64,000 nucleotides of DNA from an uncultured Gemmatimonadaceae bacterium. GTDB taxonomy: Bacteria; Gemmatimonadota; Gemmatimonadetes; Gemmatimonadales; Gemmatimonadaceae. Shown piece by piece: positions 51,279 to 62,370 of this stretch. The position numbers and the translations under genes are program-made. The stretch's first letter is position 1, and the number at the start of each line of letters is the position of its first letter. The stretch spans positions 224,001-288,000 of the forward strand of contig CAWAGQ010000006.1 of assembly GCA_963781585.1 (NCBI GenBank). The letters are read 5' to 3'. The notes beneath the pieces were generated by a model. It worked only from the letters and a program-made list of their open reading frames with translations. It was not told the origin of the DNA and did not search any database.

Positions 51279-51873
51279 AGACCACGATGTTGACCGCGAA
51301 CTTCGTCACGTCCTGCTCCATGAAGCGCTTGGTCTCCGGGTGCAGGTTCCACTCGGAGCTGTAGTCCTTGCTGCTGTACAGCACGTCGATGCGATCGCCG
51401 TGCATGATGCCCTGCAGGTGCTCATGGACGAGGTTGTCGCCCCATCCGTTGAGCTCGTGGCTGGTGGCCGGCGGGCCGTCGCGGAAGGTGAAGAAGCAGC
51501 GGTACAGGGGATGATCGTTCGGCACGTCGCGCAGCGCACCGAACAGCCGGGCGAGCTCGCCGGTCATGGTCTTGTGATATTCCCCATCGATGTCGTGATT
51601 GTGGTCATCGACGAAGAGGAATCCGCCCCGCGCCACGAAGCGCGACAGATGCTCCCGTTCGGCCGCGGTGAAGAAGACCGGGAGGTGACCGGTGAGGAAG
51701 ACGAACGGGTACTCGAACAGGTCGTCCGAATCGAGCCGCACGTTCACGCCCGCGGGCGACAGATCGAGCGTGGTGTACCGCGCCAGGGTGTCGATCACGC
51801 TTGCCGGGAGCAGCGCCGCGCTCTCCCAGTCGCCTGACGAGTAGATGCCGGTGGCGAACGTGAAGCGGGTCAC
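51262..51873 (-). CDS. DUF4159-family protein
   Basis: YSSGDW, GGFLFVDDHNHDIDG, HELNGWGD, KDYSSEW, FAVNIVVYALT. Confidence 0.88.
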   Translation of the reverse strand: MTRFTFATGIYSSGDWESAALLPASVIDTLARYTTLDLSPAGVNVRLDSDDLFEYPFVFLTGHLPVFFTAAEREHLSRFVARGGFLFVDDHNHDIDGEYHKTMTGELARLFGALRDVPNDHPLYRCFFTFRDGPPATSHELNGWGDNLVHEHLQGIMHGDRIDVLYSSKDYSSEWNLHPETKRFMEQDVTKFAVNIVVYALTR

Positions 51874-53816
51874 GGAATCCCCCCACCCTGCCACGGGCCC
51901 AGCGCCGGTGTCGCCACGGTGGATCGTTCCAGACGGCGGCGCGCAATGCCCAGTGGCGCACCGGGATCGGCGTGGCGGCGGGCAGCATCGATGGCGCGCG
52001 CCAGCGGATCCGCGACATCGGGCGCCGCGGTGAGCGCATCCACCCGGAGCACAGTGAGCGAGTCGACCAGGGCCTGCCCGGCGAGTCCGGCCAGGCCATC
52101 GAGTCGGGCAAGGAGCGCGCGTCGCGGGTCGGCGAGCCGGTCGCGCGGCCGCCGCAGCGCCACGGTCGCCGAGTCGGTGCCCTGGAGCCGGACGGCCGGG
52201 AGATCCACCGTCTCGGGCGGCAGGACGCCGCGCAGATACAGGCGACGTGCCTGACGAGCCTGCTCGAGGAATCGCAGCGCGCGTCGCATTGGCGGCAGCG
52301 CCGTTTCCACATGCGCGATCCGGAGCTCGGTCTCGGCGTCGCGCATGGCGTCCGACGCCTGGTGCAACAGGGTCGAAATCTCCGTGCGCCCGACGAACCC
52401 CACGGTCTGGATGTTCTCGAGGTCGGAGATGACCGACTCCACCCGGGTGCGGAGCGCCGCCTGCCTGCCACCGAGCTGCACCGACTGCCGCGTGAAGGAG
52501 TCGGCGACGAGCCGCGGCTTCCGCGTGAGCAGCGTCTCGGCGCGCACGATCAGCATCCGCTGACTGAGTGCGGTGGTGTCGAGCGGAGCCGCCTGTGAGG
52601 GATTGATGCGGATGGTATCGCGCGCGCCCGGGTCGTCGATCCTGAGAGTGCGGGTGTCGGACCATCCCGTGTCGGGGCCGGTGACGTCGTTCGCGTCCAT
52701 CGCCATCGCCCGCACGTGCACCACGTCGCCCGGGCCGAGCCGCAGCGTGTCGAGCCGCACGGTCACGCGGATGGCGGCCGAGCGGGCGTTCCCTGGTGAT
52801 GTCGCGGCGACGATCCAGCGGCGGGTGGTGAATCGCTCGCCGCCGCCTGACGAGTGGCGGAACTCAAACCAGGCGGCGGCCAGTCCGATGTCGTCCTCGG
52901 CCTTCGCCTGGAACACGACCTGGCCACGCGGCAAGCGATACGTCGAATCTCGCGCCGGGACTTCCAGCGTGACTCGCGGCGCGAGGTCGGCGCCGGGCTC
53001 CAGCGCGAGCAGGCGGTCGAATCCGCGATCCGCGAGTCTCACGATGGCCGGGCGGGACGGCATCGTCACGTCCACCCGCCAGGTGTCGCCGACCGCGGTG
53101 ACGGGCAGCGTGTCTCCACCCATGCCGGCCGACACCCGCGGAAGTGAATCGCCCGCCCCACGCCCCAGAATCTCGACGCGACTCCCCGGCAGCGCGGAAA
53201 CCGAGATGGGATCGTCCAGCGCGAACGAACTCTGGTGCGCGTACGCGGGCGGGTTCACCCGCGCGACAATCGGGACGAGACGGCTCGCGCGCACCGGACG
53301 GGCGCCGGGGCGCGCGAGTACATCGCCGGCGCGCGGGTTCAGCACGCGCTGTCGTGTGGCGGCCGGGACGGTGAACATCGCGAGCACGAGCGTCAGAAAC
53401 ACGCCGGCCGCCAGGCTCAATGCGCGGCGCACGGGCGCGCGCAGAACACCCTCGGGGTACCGCTGCGCCACGACCCGATCGAGCGCGGCCTGTCGGGACG
53501 GCGTTTCGGCGTCGATCGCGGTGGCGAGCGCGAACTGCAGCGCCGGCGCGCGTTCCTCGATGAAGAGGGCCACGCGGGGCAGGGCACGCGCGCGCCGTCC
53601 GCGCCAGACCACCGCGACTGCCGCCGCGAGAGCCACGGTCACCGCGAGAGGTGTAACGAACTGCCGCACGCCCAGCGGCAAGCCGACCACGAGATCGGCG
53701 GCGGACGCGAACAGCGCAACGAGGTGGTAGCCGGCTCCGGCCCACAGCACCGCCGCCACCGCGATGGTGACGAGCAGTATCACGCGCGCCCGGCGCACCC
53801 GCTCCAGCGCGGTCAT
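51870..53816 (-). CDS. DUF4175-like membrane-anchored protein
   Basis: PPAYA, AEDDIGL, LGPGDVVHVRAMAMD.N, SQRMLI. Confidence 0.7.
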   Translation of the reverse strand: MTALERVRRARVILLVTIAVAAVLWAGAGYHLVALFASAADLVVGLPLGVRQFVTPLAVTVALAAAVAVVWRGRRARALPRVALFIEERAPALQFALATAIDAETPSRQAALDRVVAQRYPEGVLRAPVRRALSLAAGVFLTLVLAMFTVPAATRQRVLNPRAGDVLARPGARPVRASRLVPIVARVNPPAYAHQSSFALDDPISVSALPGSRVEILGRGAGDSLPRVSAGMGGDTLPVTAVGDTWRVDVTMPSRPAIVRLADRGFDRLLALEPGADLAPRVTLEVPARDSTYRLPRGQVVFQAKAEDDIGLAAAWFEFRHSSGGGERFTTRRWIVAATSPGNARSAAIRVTVRLDTLRLGPGDVVHVRAMAMDANDVTGPDTGWSDTRTLRIDDPGARDTIRINPSQAAPLDTTALSQRMLIVRAETLLTRKPRLVADSFTRQSVQLGGRQAALRTRVESVISDLENIQTVGFVGRTEISTLLHQASDAMRDAETELRIAHVETALPPMRRALRFLEQARQARRLYLRGVLPPETVDLPAVRLQGTDSATVALRRPRDRLADPRRALLARLDGLAGLAGQALVDSLTVLRVDALTAAPDVADPLARAIDAARRHADPGAPLGIARRRLERSTVATPALGPWQGGGIP

Positions 53817-55204
53817 CCGCCGGGCCCGCGCCTGACGCGCCGGCGTACGAGCCACTCGCCAAGCGCGAACAGCACCGCCAGGGCCAGGAACCATTTCGCA
53901 AGCGGCGACGACGTGGTCCGGGTGGGGACAATGTCGGCCGCGGCAACCGGGTATCCGTGGGGCTGGCCGGTAAGCGAGGCCACCTGTGCTTCGTCGATTG
54001 GCGTGAAGTCGGGCGTGTCGCGGCAGGGCGCCAGCAACGCCTCGACCAGTCGCGCGAAGCGCGGCTGGAGCACCAGGTCTCCTCTCGCGGTAACGGGGAT
54101 GGTCACCGTCCTGATGCAGCCCGCGCCGATGGTGTCATCGACCGCGGCGGGGGTTCCGTCCACCCAGCGTGCCACCACGTGTTGATTCGCCGATTCCTGC
54201 GCATCGCGAAGGGCCAGCCGGCGGACGAACGGAGCGACGACCACGGCGTCGCCGGCCACCACCGCGCCGGTCGTGTCGGGCACGGGGCGCGGGGCCCACG
54301 CGCCCGACACGACCGGCGCCGAACCGGCCTGCGCCGGCCAGTACACGAGCAGCCGCCCGCCCGACCGCACCCACGCGGAATCGGCTGCGCCTAACGAACC
54401 ACGCACCAGCCGGATCGTGCCGCCCGATTCCGCGCCGGTCGGCCCGGGCGGCACCCGACCGGCGGGGCGCGCGCCGGCGGCCGCACCCAGCGGCGCCGCG
54501 ACCTCCGGGATACGCGCCGGCAGCGCCATCCGCAGCGGATCGTCGGTGTCGGCGTCGACCACCGGGGCGGCTGCGGCCGGTGCGGGCGTGCGGCCGGACA
54601 CCCGCACCAGCCGCAGCCGCCCCGGCCACAGCGCGCGAATGGAGTCGGTGGCCCGATCCAGCTCTTCGGCCGCCAGCGGCGAGACCAGGGCGATCTCCAC
54701 CGAGTCGGCGGCGTTCCGCAGGGACGAGGCCACGCGGAGCGACGCGATCAGCGCGGCCGACAGCCGCCCCCGGCGCGGCCCGACCGCGAAGCCGCCTAAC
54801 GACGACTGGTCGGCGGGCACCACCGTCGCCGAGGAGTCGAACAACACCAGGCCGTCGCCCGAACCAAGCAGCGCGCGGGCGGAGTCCACCACCTCCCCGG
54901 CCCGACCCACCGCCCGCGACCGGTCGAGCACCAGCACCCGCGCCATCGCGCGGCGCGGCGGACGAACCACGGGACCGGCGAGCGCCACACCCACCGCCGC
55001 CACCAACCCCACCCGCAGGAACAGCAGCAGCAGGTCCTCCAGCCTGAGCGCCCGCGCCCTCGCCAGCGGCGGCCGATCAGGGGCGAATCGCGCCGTGGGA
55101 AACGGCAGCGCCCGCGGATCGCGCGTGACGATGAAGTGCAGCGCGACGACCACGACCGCACCGGCTGCCGCGCCCAGCAGGTACAACGGGGCCAGAAAGG
55201 TCAT
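53813..55204 (-). CDS. BatA-domain protein
   Basis: MTFLAPLYL...LH...FPTARF...LLLLFLR, LDRSRA, C-terminal TM + EW. Confidence 0.85.
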   Translation of the reverse strand: MTFLAPLYLLGAAAGAVVVVALHFIVTRDPRALPFPTARFAPDRPPLARARALRLEDLLLLFLRVGLVAAVGVALAGPVVRPPRRAMARVLVLDRSRAVGRAGEVVDSARALLGSGDGLVLFDSSATVVPADQSSLGGFAVGPRRGRLSAALIASLRVASSLRNAADSVEIALVSPLAAEELDRATDSIRALWPGRLRLVRVSGRTPAPAAAAPVVDADTDDPLRMALPARIPEVAAPLGAAAGARPAGRVPPGPTGAESGGTIRLVRGSLGAADSAWVRSGGRLLVYWPAQAGSAPVVSGAWAPRPVPDTTGAVVAGDAVVVAPFVRRLALRDAQESANQHVVARWVDGTPAAVDDTIGAGCIRTVTIPVTARGDLVLQPRFARLVEALLAPCRDTPDFTPIDEAQVASLTGQPHGYPVAAADIVPTRTTSSPLAKWFLALAVLFALGEWLVRRRVRRGPGG

Positions 55205-55225
55205 GCCGGAAACGCAGGATGGAGT

Positions 55226-56107
55226 TCAGAGGGCATGGATCGGAGGTCGGCGGTCCGGCCCGGCCACGATGCGCCGTACGGCCCGGTGCGCGGGTTCTCC
55301 CGTCGTCACCAGGTGATACGACGCCCCGGCCCCGCGCCACTGCGAGGCCAGCGACTCCCGCCATGCAGCAAACGCGACTCGATAGGCATCGAGATCCGGT
55401 GCGGCGAGCGGCCGCCGGACCGAGGGATTCTCGGGATCGACAACCATCCCCATCGGCACCGGATCCAGCTCCTCGGCGGCCACCACGTGCACCGCGTACA
55501 CCTCGCGTTCCGCGGCGGCGAGCTCACGCACCTGCGCAACGAGCGCCTCGGCATCCCCCAGAAAGTCGCTCACGATCGCGATGCGCCGGCTCGATCGCAT
55601 TGTCGCCACCAGCGGCGCCAGTGGCGCGACGCCGGCTGGCGTGGTCTCCACCAGGAGTCGCAGCGCGGCCGCCAACGTGCCGCGACGGGTCCGCGGCGGG
55701 AGGGCGCGCCCGTCCGGCTCGCCGGCGATCGCCAGTCCCACCGGGTCGCCGTCACCCAGAGCAACTGCACACAGGCCGAGCGAGAGCGCGGCCGCGGTCT
55801 CCCACTTGGCGCGCGTATTCCCGGGAAACGCCATCGACGCGCTGGCATCCGCAACCACCGTGGTGCGTACCGTCGAGTCGTCGTGCGCCAGCCTGATCGC
55901 CACCCGCTCGCTGCGCGCGAACAGGCGCCAGTCGATCTTGGCCGGATCGTCGCCCTGCTGATACGCGCGGTAGTCCATGAATTCCGGCGACGCCCCGGCG
56001 CGCCGGGAGCGATGGGCGCCGTGCTGCGCACTGCTCGTCAGGCGGCGTGATGGCCAGTGCACCCCGCGAACGGCGTCGAGCAGGGCGCCGCTGGTCAACG
56101 CCTGCAC
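55226..56107 (-). CDS. DUF58 (VWA-associated) protein
   Basis: GASPEFMDYRAYQQGDD..IDWR, DASASM, VSDFL. Confidence 0.92.
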   Translation of the reverse strand: MQALTSGALLDAVRGVHWPSRRLTSSAQHGAHRSRRAGASPEFMDYRAYQQGDDPAKIDWRLFARSERVAIRLAHDDSTVRTTVVADASASMAFPGNTRAKWETAAALSLGLCAVALGDGDPVGLAIAGEPDGRALPPRTRRGTLAAALRLLVETTPAGVAPLAPLVATMRSSRRIAIVSDFLGDAEALVAQVRELAAAEREVYAVHVVAAEELDPVPMGMVVDPENPSVRRPLAAPDLDAYRVAFAAWRESLASQWRGAGASYHLVTTGEPAHRAVRRIVAGPDRRPPIHAL

Positions 56108-56109
56108 CG

Positions 56110-57153
<1,044 letters not shown>

Positions 57154-57218
57154 GGCTGCTCCACGGATTTCCAGGCTCAAATCCCCCTGAAAGTTGCGAA
57201 GGGGTCTGGGGAAACTAC

Positions 57219-57445
57219 AGGCCAAAGGCCAAAGGTCACAGGTCAAAGGCCGAAGGCCACAGGTCAAAGGCCGAAGGCCACAGGTCAAAGGCCACAGGTC
57301 AAAGGCCGGAGCCGTTTGATCTGCGATGTTCGCGGTCGTAGGTTCGAGGTCAGTGATCAGCGAGCAGTGGTCAGCGAGTTATCACCATCAGCGGTCAGCT
57401 CTCAGGCATCGGCGGTCAGCCATGGGCTGTGAGCTATCAGCTATG
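57219..57445. repeat. Heptamer tandem repeats (13x AGGYCRN at 57219-57309, then TCAGC-type 7-mers)
   Basis: aggccaa/aggtcac/aggtcaa/aggccga... in the intergenic region between divergent genes. Confidence 0.85.
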
Positions 57446-57489
57446 GACCATGACGCACTCGCCATGAGTTCTTCTCTCGGAGCCGAGCA

Positions 57490-59562
57490 GTGACTACTTC
57501 CAATCCCGTTCGCCGTTCCCGTCGGTTCCTTTCCGCGACCGCCCTGGTTGCGCTGAGCGCCCACGGCGCCCTCGCCCAGCGGTCGAGCGCCGCGAGTCCG
57601 GCCACGCCGGCGCCGGCGAAGCGCGCTCTCAAGGTCGACGACATGTTCCAGCTGCGAGCGGTGCGGGACATCCACTTCTCGCCCGACGGCGACTGGGTGG
57701 CGTATGTGGTCTCGGCGCCCGACTCGACGCGCGACCGCGGCAACTCCGACATCTATATGACGCGGTGGGACGGCACCAGGACCATGCAGCTCACCTACAC
57801 GCCTCAGGGCGAGAGCGCGCCGCGGTTCAGTCCCGACGGGAAGTTCCTCTCGTTCGTTGCCTCACGCGGCGACGCACGCTCGAGCTCACAGGTCTGGCTG
57901 CTCGATCGGGCCGGCGGCGAGGCGCAGAAGCTGACCGATCTCAAGGGCGGCGTGTCGAGCTACGAGTGGTCGCCTGACAGCAAGCGCATCCTGATCGTGT
58001 CGCAGGATCCCGACACGTCCGAGTCGGACCAGGCGGCGGATTCGTCGAAGAAGAAGACGCCCGCTCCGATCGTACTCGATCGCTACCACTTCAAGCAGGA
58101 TGTTCAGGGATACCTCGGCAATCGTCGCGCTCATCTGTACCTGTTCGACGTCGCGGCGAAGGCGACCGAGCAGCTCACCAGGGGCCGGTTCGACGAGTCG
58201 AACCCCGCGTGGTCGCCCGACGGAAAGATGATCGCCTTCGTCAGCGAGCGCGGTGCCGATCCCGACCGGACGAACGACTCCAACATCTATGTGATGGAAG
58301 CGCGGGCGGGAGCGCCCGCCAAGGCGCTCACCACCTGGACCGGCCCCGACGGCGGCCGGCCGGCATGGTCCCCCGACGGGAAGTGGATCGCGTACACCCA
58401 GGGGAGCGAGCCGAAGTACTGGCAGTACAGCCAGGAGAAGCTCGCGGTGGTGTCGGTGGACGGTGGCGAGCCCAGGGTCCTGACCGCCTCGCTGGACCGC
58501 TCGGTCAGCGATCCGACCTGGACGAAGGACGGGACCGCGATTCTCTGTCTGGTCTCCGACGATCGGAGTGTCTATCTGGCCCGCGTGAACGTAGCCGACG
58601 GCGTGGTGACCCGGCTGCTCACGGGGAAGCGGGTCGTCTCGGACCTGGCGGTCTCGGCCAACGAGCGGATGGCGGTGGTCAGCGGGACGGACGAGAAGCC
58701 TAACGAGGTGTACGCGCTGGAGCGGGGCTCCCTCCGCGCCCTCACCCACGAGAACGACGGCTGGCTGGCCGACGTGAACCTGGGGGCGGTCGAGGAATTC
58801 AGCGCGAAGACGAAGGACGGCACCGAGGTCCACGGGCTGCTGGAGAAGCCTGCGACCTGGAAGGCGGGCACCCGCTATCCGACGCTGCTGCGCATTCACG
58901 GCGGACCCGGCAGCCAGGACCAGCACGCGTTCAACTTCGAGCGCGAGTTGTTCGCCGCCAATGGCTACGCGGTGCTGAACGTGAACTATCGCGGCAGCGA
59001 GGGCCGGGGCGCCGACTACCAGAAGGCCATCTTCGCCGACTGGGGCAACAAGGAGGTGGAGGACCTGCTCACGGCCGTGGACTACGCGGTCTCGTCCGGC
59101 GTGGCGGACTCGACGCGGCTCGGCGTCGGTGGATGGAGCTACGGCGGCATTCTCACCGACTATCTCATCGCGTCTACCACGCGCTTTCGCGCCGCCACCA
59201 GTGGAGCCGGCGTGGGGAACGTCGCCTCCCTGTACGGCGTGGACGAATACGTCTTCCAGTACGACAACGAGCTCGGTCCACCCTGGAAGAACCAGGATGT
59301 GTACCTGAAACTGGCCTACCCGTTCTGGCACGCCGACCGCATCAGGACGCCGACCCTCTTCCTGGGTGGCGAGAAGGACTTCAACGTGCCACTGGTGGGC
59401 GGGGAGCAGATGTATCAGGCGCTGAAGAGCCTCGGGGTCGACACGGAGCTCATCGTCTATCCGAACTCGTTCCACGGAATCACGACGCCGAGCTACGTGA
59501 AGGATCGCTACGAGCGCTACCTGGCCTGGTACGCGAAGCACCTGCGTCCGGTCCAGCCGTAG
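57490..59562 (+). CDS. S9 family (acylaminoacyl/dipeptidyl) peptidase, secreted
   Basis: SPDG propeller repeats, IHGGP, GWSYGG, EKD, FHG. Confidence 0.95.
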   Translation: MTTSNPVRRSRRFLSATALVALSAHGALAQRSSAASPATPAPAKRALKVDDMFQLRAVRDIHFSPDGDWVAYVVSAPDSTRDRGNSDIYMTRWDGTRTMQLTYTPQGESAPRFSPDGKFLSFVASRGDARSSSQVWLLDRAGGEAQKLTDLKGGVSSYEWSPDSKRILIVSQDPDTSESDQAADSSKKKTPAPIVLDRYHFKQDVQGYLGNRRAHLYLFDVAAKATEQLTRGRFDESNPAWSPDGKMIAFVSERGADPDRTNDSNIYVMEARAGAPAKALTTWTGPDGGRPAWSPDGKWIAYTQGSEPKYWQYSQEKLAVVSVDGGEPRVLTASLDRSVSDPTWTKDGTAILCLVSDDRSVYLARVNVADGVVTRLLTGKRVVSDLAVSANERMAVVSGTDEKPNEVYALERGSLRALTHENDGWLADVNLGAVEEFSAKTKDGTEVHGLLEKPATWKAGTRYPTLLRIHGGPGSQDQHAFNFERELFAANGYAVLNVNYRGSEGRGADYQKAIFADWGNKEVEDLLTAVDYAVSSGVADSTRLGVGGWSYGGILTDYLIASTTRFRAATSGAGVGNVASLYGVDEYVFQYDNELGPPWKNQDVYLKLAYPFWHADRIRTPTLFLGGEKDFNVPLVGGEQMYQALKSLGVDTELIVYPNSFHGITTPSYVKDRYERYLAWYAKHLRPVQP

Positions 59563-59572
59563 GGCACGCTGC

Positions 59573-60670
59573 CTATCGCGGCATCGGGCAGGTGATCAGG
59601 CGTATCGGCTCGCTGCCTCCCTCGCTCGTGAGGAGCAGTCTGCCTGACGAGTCCAGCCAGGTGACTCCCTCGCCCTGCCGCTCGTGCAGCCGGGCAATGT
59701 TGCACCTGCTCGCGACCGGGGTGCGAAGGATTCGTCCGGTGGCCGAATCGACCGGATAGACGAAGACCTGGCCATATGTCCGGACCGCGAGGGCGTGCGC
59801 GTCAGGCGACAGCGCCGCGTCGGTGACGTAGCGCAGCGGCGCCGACCCGGGAACCAGGGGGAGGGAATCGACCAGCGTGGCCAACGTTACCGTGCCCGGC
59901 GTGTCCCAGGCTTCCGGCGCGATCCGGAAGACCAGCGCGGGACGGAGGTGGCCGGAGGGATCGAAGCGCGGCCGCTTGGTGATGAGCCAGATCGCGCCGT
60001 CAGGCGTGACGTACATCGCTTCCACGTCGTGCGGGCCGTCGGTGTAGTGCAATCCGATGCGCTCCGCGGTCAGCGCGCCCAGGTAGCCGGATTGCTCCGC
60101 CAACGGCTCTCTCACGCGGTACAGGGATGGCTGGTCGCGAATCTCGGAGTTGTCGCCGGTATCGCCGATGTACACGCAGTGGGGCGGTGGTGGCACCGCC
60201 GGCCGCGGCGCACCACCCGTAGACCCGGCCGGGTCGCGGGCCGGAGGCGGTGGGGCCGGGGTCTCACCGGAACACGGTCCGAGCGACGCGTTCTCCCAAT
60301 CGTTGTTCACCGCATTGGTCACGCGCCAGGCGCCACGGCCCGCGCCCGTCGTGTCGAACGCGTAGAGGATCGGCTCGTTCCCGGAATCGTTGATCGTGAA
60401 GATGACGCCGGGCTGGGTGGCGCTGGCGGCTGCCGCCGAATTCTCGGTGAGATCGCGCGACGCGTGCAGAGGGACGATCGACACGGCACCCGGTTCGACT
60501 TCTGTCGCGTCGGTCGCAGCCGCCCCGGATCGACCGTCACCTCCGCCGTTCAGGTCGCAGGCGGCCAGCCACGTCAGCGCCACGACGGTCACCACGTCGC
60601 GCAGGAGTCGTGGCAGTCGCGCCCGGTGCGGGGTGGGGCCGTCACCGCGAATGGATCGGCGTGAAGTCAC
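59573..60670 (-). CDS. Hypothetical lipoprotein (beta-propeller, NDSG/DWE/DTGDN family)
   Basis: LAAC lipobox; ENSA, INDSG, DWE, GDTGDN, DVEA, TDAA, QGEGV. Confidence 0.65.
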   Translation of the reverse strand: MTSRRSIRGDGPTPHRARLPRLLRDVVTVVALTWLAACDLNGGGDGRSGAAATDATEVEPGAVSIVPLHASRDLTENSAAAASATQPGVIFTINDSGNEPILYAFDTTGAGRGAWRVTNAVNNDWENASLGPCSGETPAPPPPARDPAGSTGGAPRPAVPPPPHCVYIGDTGDNSEIRDQPSLYRVREPLAEQSGYLGALTAERIGLHYTDGPHDVEAMYVTPDGAIWLITKRPRFDPSGHLRPALVFRIAPEAWDTPGTVTLATLVDSLPLVPGSAPLRYVTDAALSPDAHALAVRTYGQVFVYPVDSATGRILRTPVASRCNIARLHERQGEGVTWLDSSGRLLLTSEGGSEPIRLITCPMPR

Positions 60671-61232
60671 AGGCTCAATACACCGGTGGTCCGGTCGCGA
60701 TGAGGCGTCGAGACGTCATGTCGACGTCACCCGGGCGACAGGGCCGCGTTCGTCCCGCCCCAGGAGACTGAACGGTAGTCACCAGGCGCTTGCGCTCGCC
60801 AGCGGATGTTCACCCGAACGCGCTCAGGCTCCCACGACAGCTGCGGTCGCCGCCGGGTGCAGGTCGTGCCGGCGTGTCCCGGGTATTGTCGTCGCGGCCG
60901 GTTGCCGTCGGGCGTCAGGGCCGGCGGCATCGACCTGCGGTCGAGTCCGCCTAACGCCCGCCATGGCTGAGCGCGCCTAACGAACAATCAGCCGCCGAGC
61001 TGTGATCTGGACGGAACTGTCGCGCGCGCACGCCGGGTATACAACGAATCGGAGCTCGCGCTCAGGCCAGCCGCTCGCGCGGCGCACAGACCGGCCACGC
61101 ACCGTCAGCAGACGGCGACACCGTGAAGGCGAACGTGGCACCAATCCAGTGGGGGAATCCAGTCGGTCTCACGCTCCGACTGACGCCTGTGAGAACGACC
61201 CGGATACGTCGTCAAGGTGGAGGATGCAACTC

Positions 61233-62303
61233 ATGACTTTCAGCGGCTCACATCGCTGGTTCGTGATCTGTGCCACCGCGGGCATCGCCGCGATGGCCGC
61301 GCCCCTGCGCGCCCAGGTCCCGACCCCGGCCAAACCGGATTCGACCCGTCCGCGCACCACGTCGGACCGTCGCATCCCCGTTCAGAAACGCTCGTCAGGC
61401 GGCGAGGTCGCGTTGCCGACCCGCGCCGAGCAGGCGAGGCTCGATTCGATCGCCCGCGCCGATTCGCTGCGACGGATCGAGCAGACGCGCACGGATTCGA
61501 TCGAGCGCGTGGAACGTGCGCGCCAGGACTCGCTGGCCGCGGTCGCCCGCGCCAGGCAGGACTCGCTCGAGGCCATGGAACACGCGCGCGAGGATTCCAT
61601 CGCCGCGGTCGAGAAAGTCCGCGCCGACTCCATCTCACGCGCGGATTCCATCGCCCAGGCCGAACAGATGCGGCGGGCGCAAATGAGAAGCCGGCGGCTC
61701 GGAGGCGGTTGGTACATCGGCCTGGCCGGCGGACCGAACGCGCCAACCGGCGATCTCAAGACCATCGGCTACACCACCGGCTACCAGGTCGGGGTCCCTG
61801 TCGGCTGGCAGAGTCAGAACAAGGTGCTCGGCGCCCGGGTGGATCTGGGCTTCAGTCAGTTCAACGGCGGCTCGTACGCCGTCGTGCCGACGGCGGGCTC
61901 GCCAGCGGTGCTCGTGAACGAAGATCCGAGAATCTACTCCGCGGTGCTGAACGCAACGCTGCGGTTCCCGCTCAACCAGAGCCACTCGACCGGGTTCTAC
62001 CTGCTCGGTGGTGGCGGGGTCTACAATTTCCGTAACTTCGGCATGGGCTCGGCGCTGTCCGGCTATCTCGGCAACGACGTCACGAATCCGCTGACCGCCG
62101 ACAACAAGAGCTCGATCACCAAGTGGGGCGTCGACGGTGGCGCCGGTCTCGACTTCGGCATCGGTGCAGCGTCCCTGTATATCGAGTCGCGGCTCGTGAA
62201 CGTCTACGCGAACCGCAACAACCCGACTGCCGACGCCCTGCTCGGAACCACCAACGATCAGCTTCGCTGGGTTCCGATCGTGCTGGGCGTCAAGTTCCGG
62301 TAA
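61233..62303 (+). CDS. Outer-membrane beta-barrel protein with helical DS-repeat stalk
   Basis: GGAGG RBS; signal peptide; R.DS[IL] repeats; YLLGGGGVY; C-terminal VPIVLGVKF. Confidence 0.75.
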   Translation: MTFSGSHRWFVICATAGIAAMAAPLRAQVPTPAKPDSTRPRTTSDRRIPVQKRSSGGEVALPTRAEQARLDSIARADSLRRIEQTRTDSIERVERARQDSLAAVARARQDSLEAMEHAREDSIAAVEKVRADSISRADSIAQAEQMRRAQMRSRRLGGGWYIGLAGGPNAPTGDLKTIGYTTGYQVGVPVGWQSQNKVLGARVDLGFSQFNGGSYAVVPTAGSPAVLVNEDPRIYSAVLNATLRFPLNQSHSTGFYLLGGGGVYNFRNFGMGSALSGYLGNDVTNPLTADNKSSITKWGVDGGAGLDFGIGAASLYIESRLVNVYANRNNPTADALLGTTNDQLRWVPIVLGVKFR

Positions 62304-62370
62304 CCGAGCGAGTCGATGCGCGGCCGGCGCTGCGTTGTGCGGCGCCGGCCACGCATTGGCCGTCACACGC

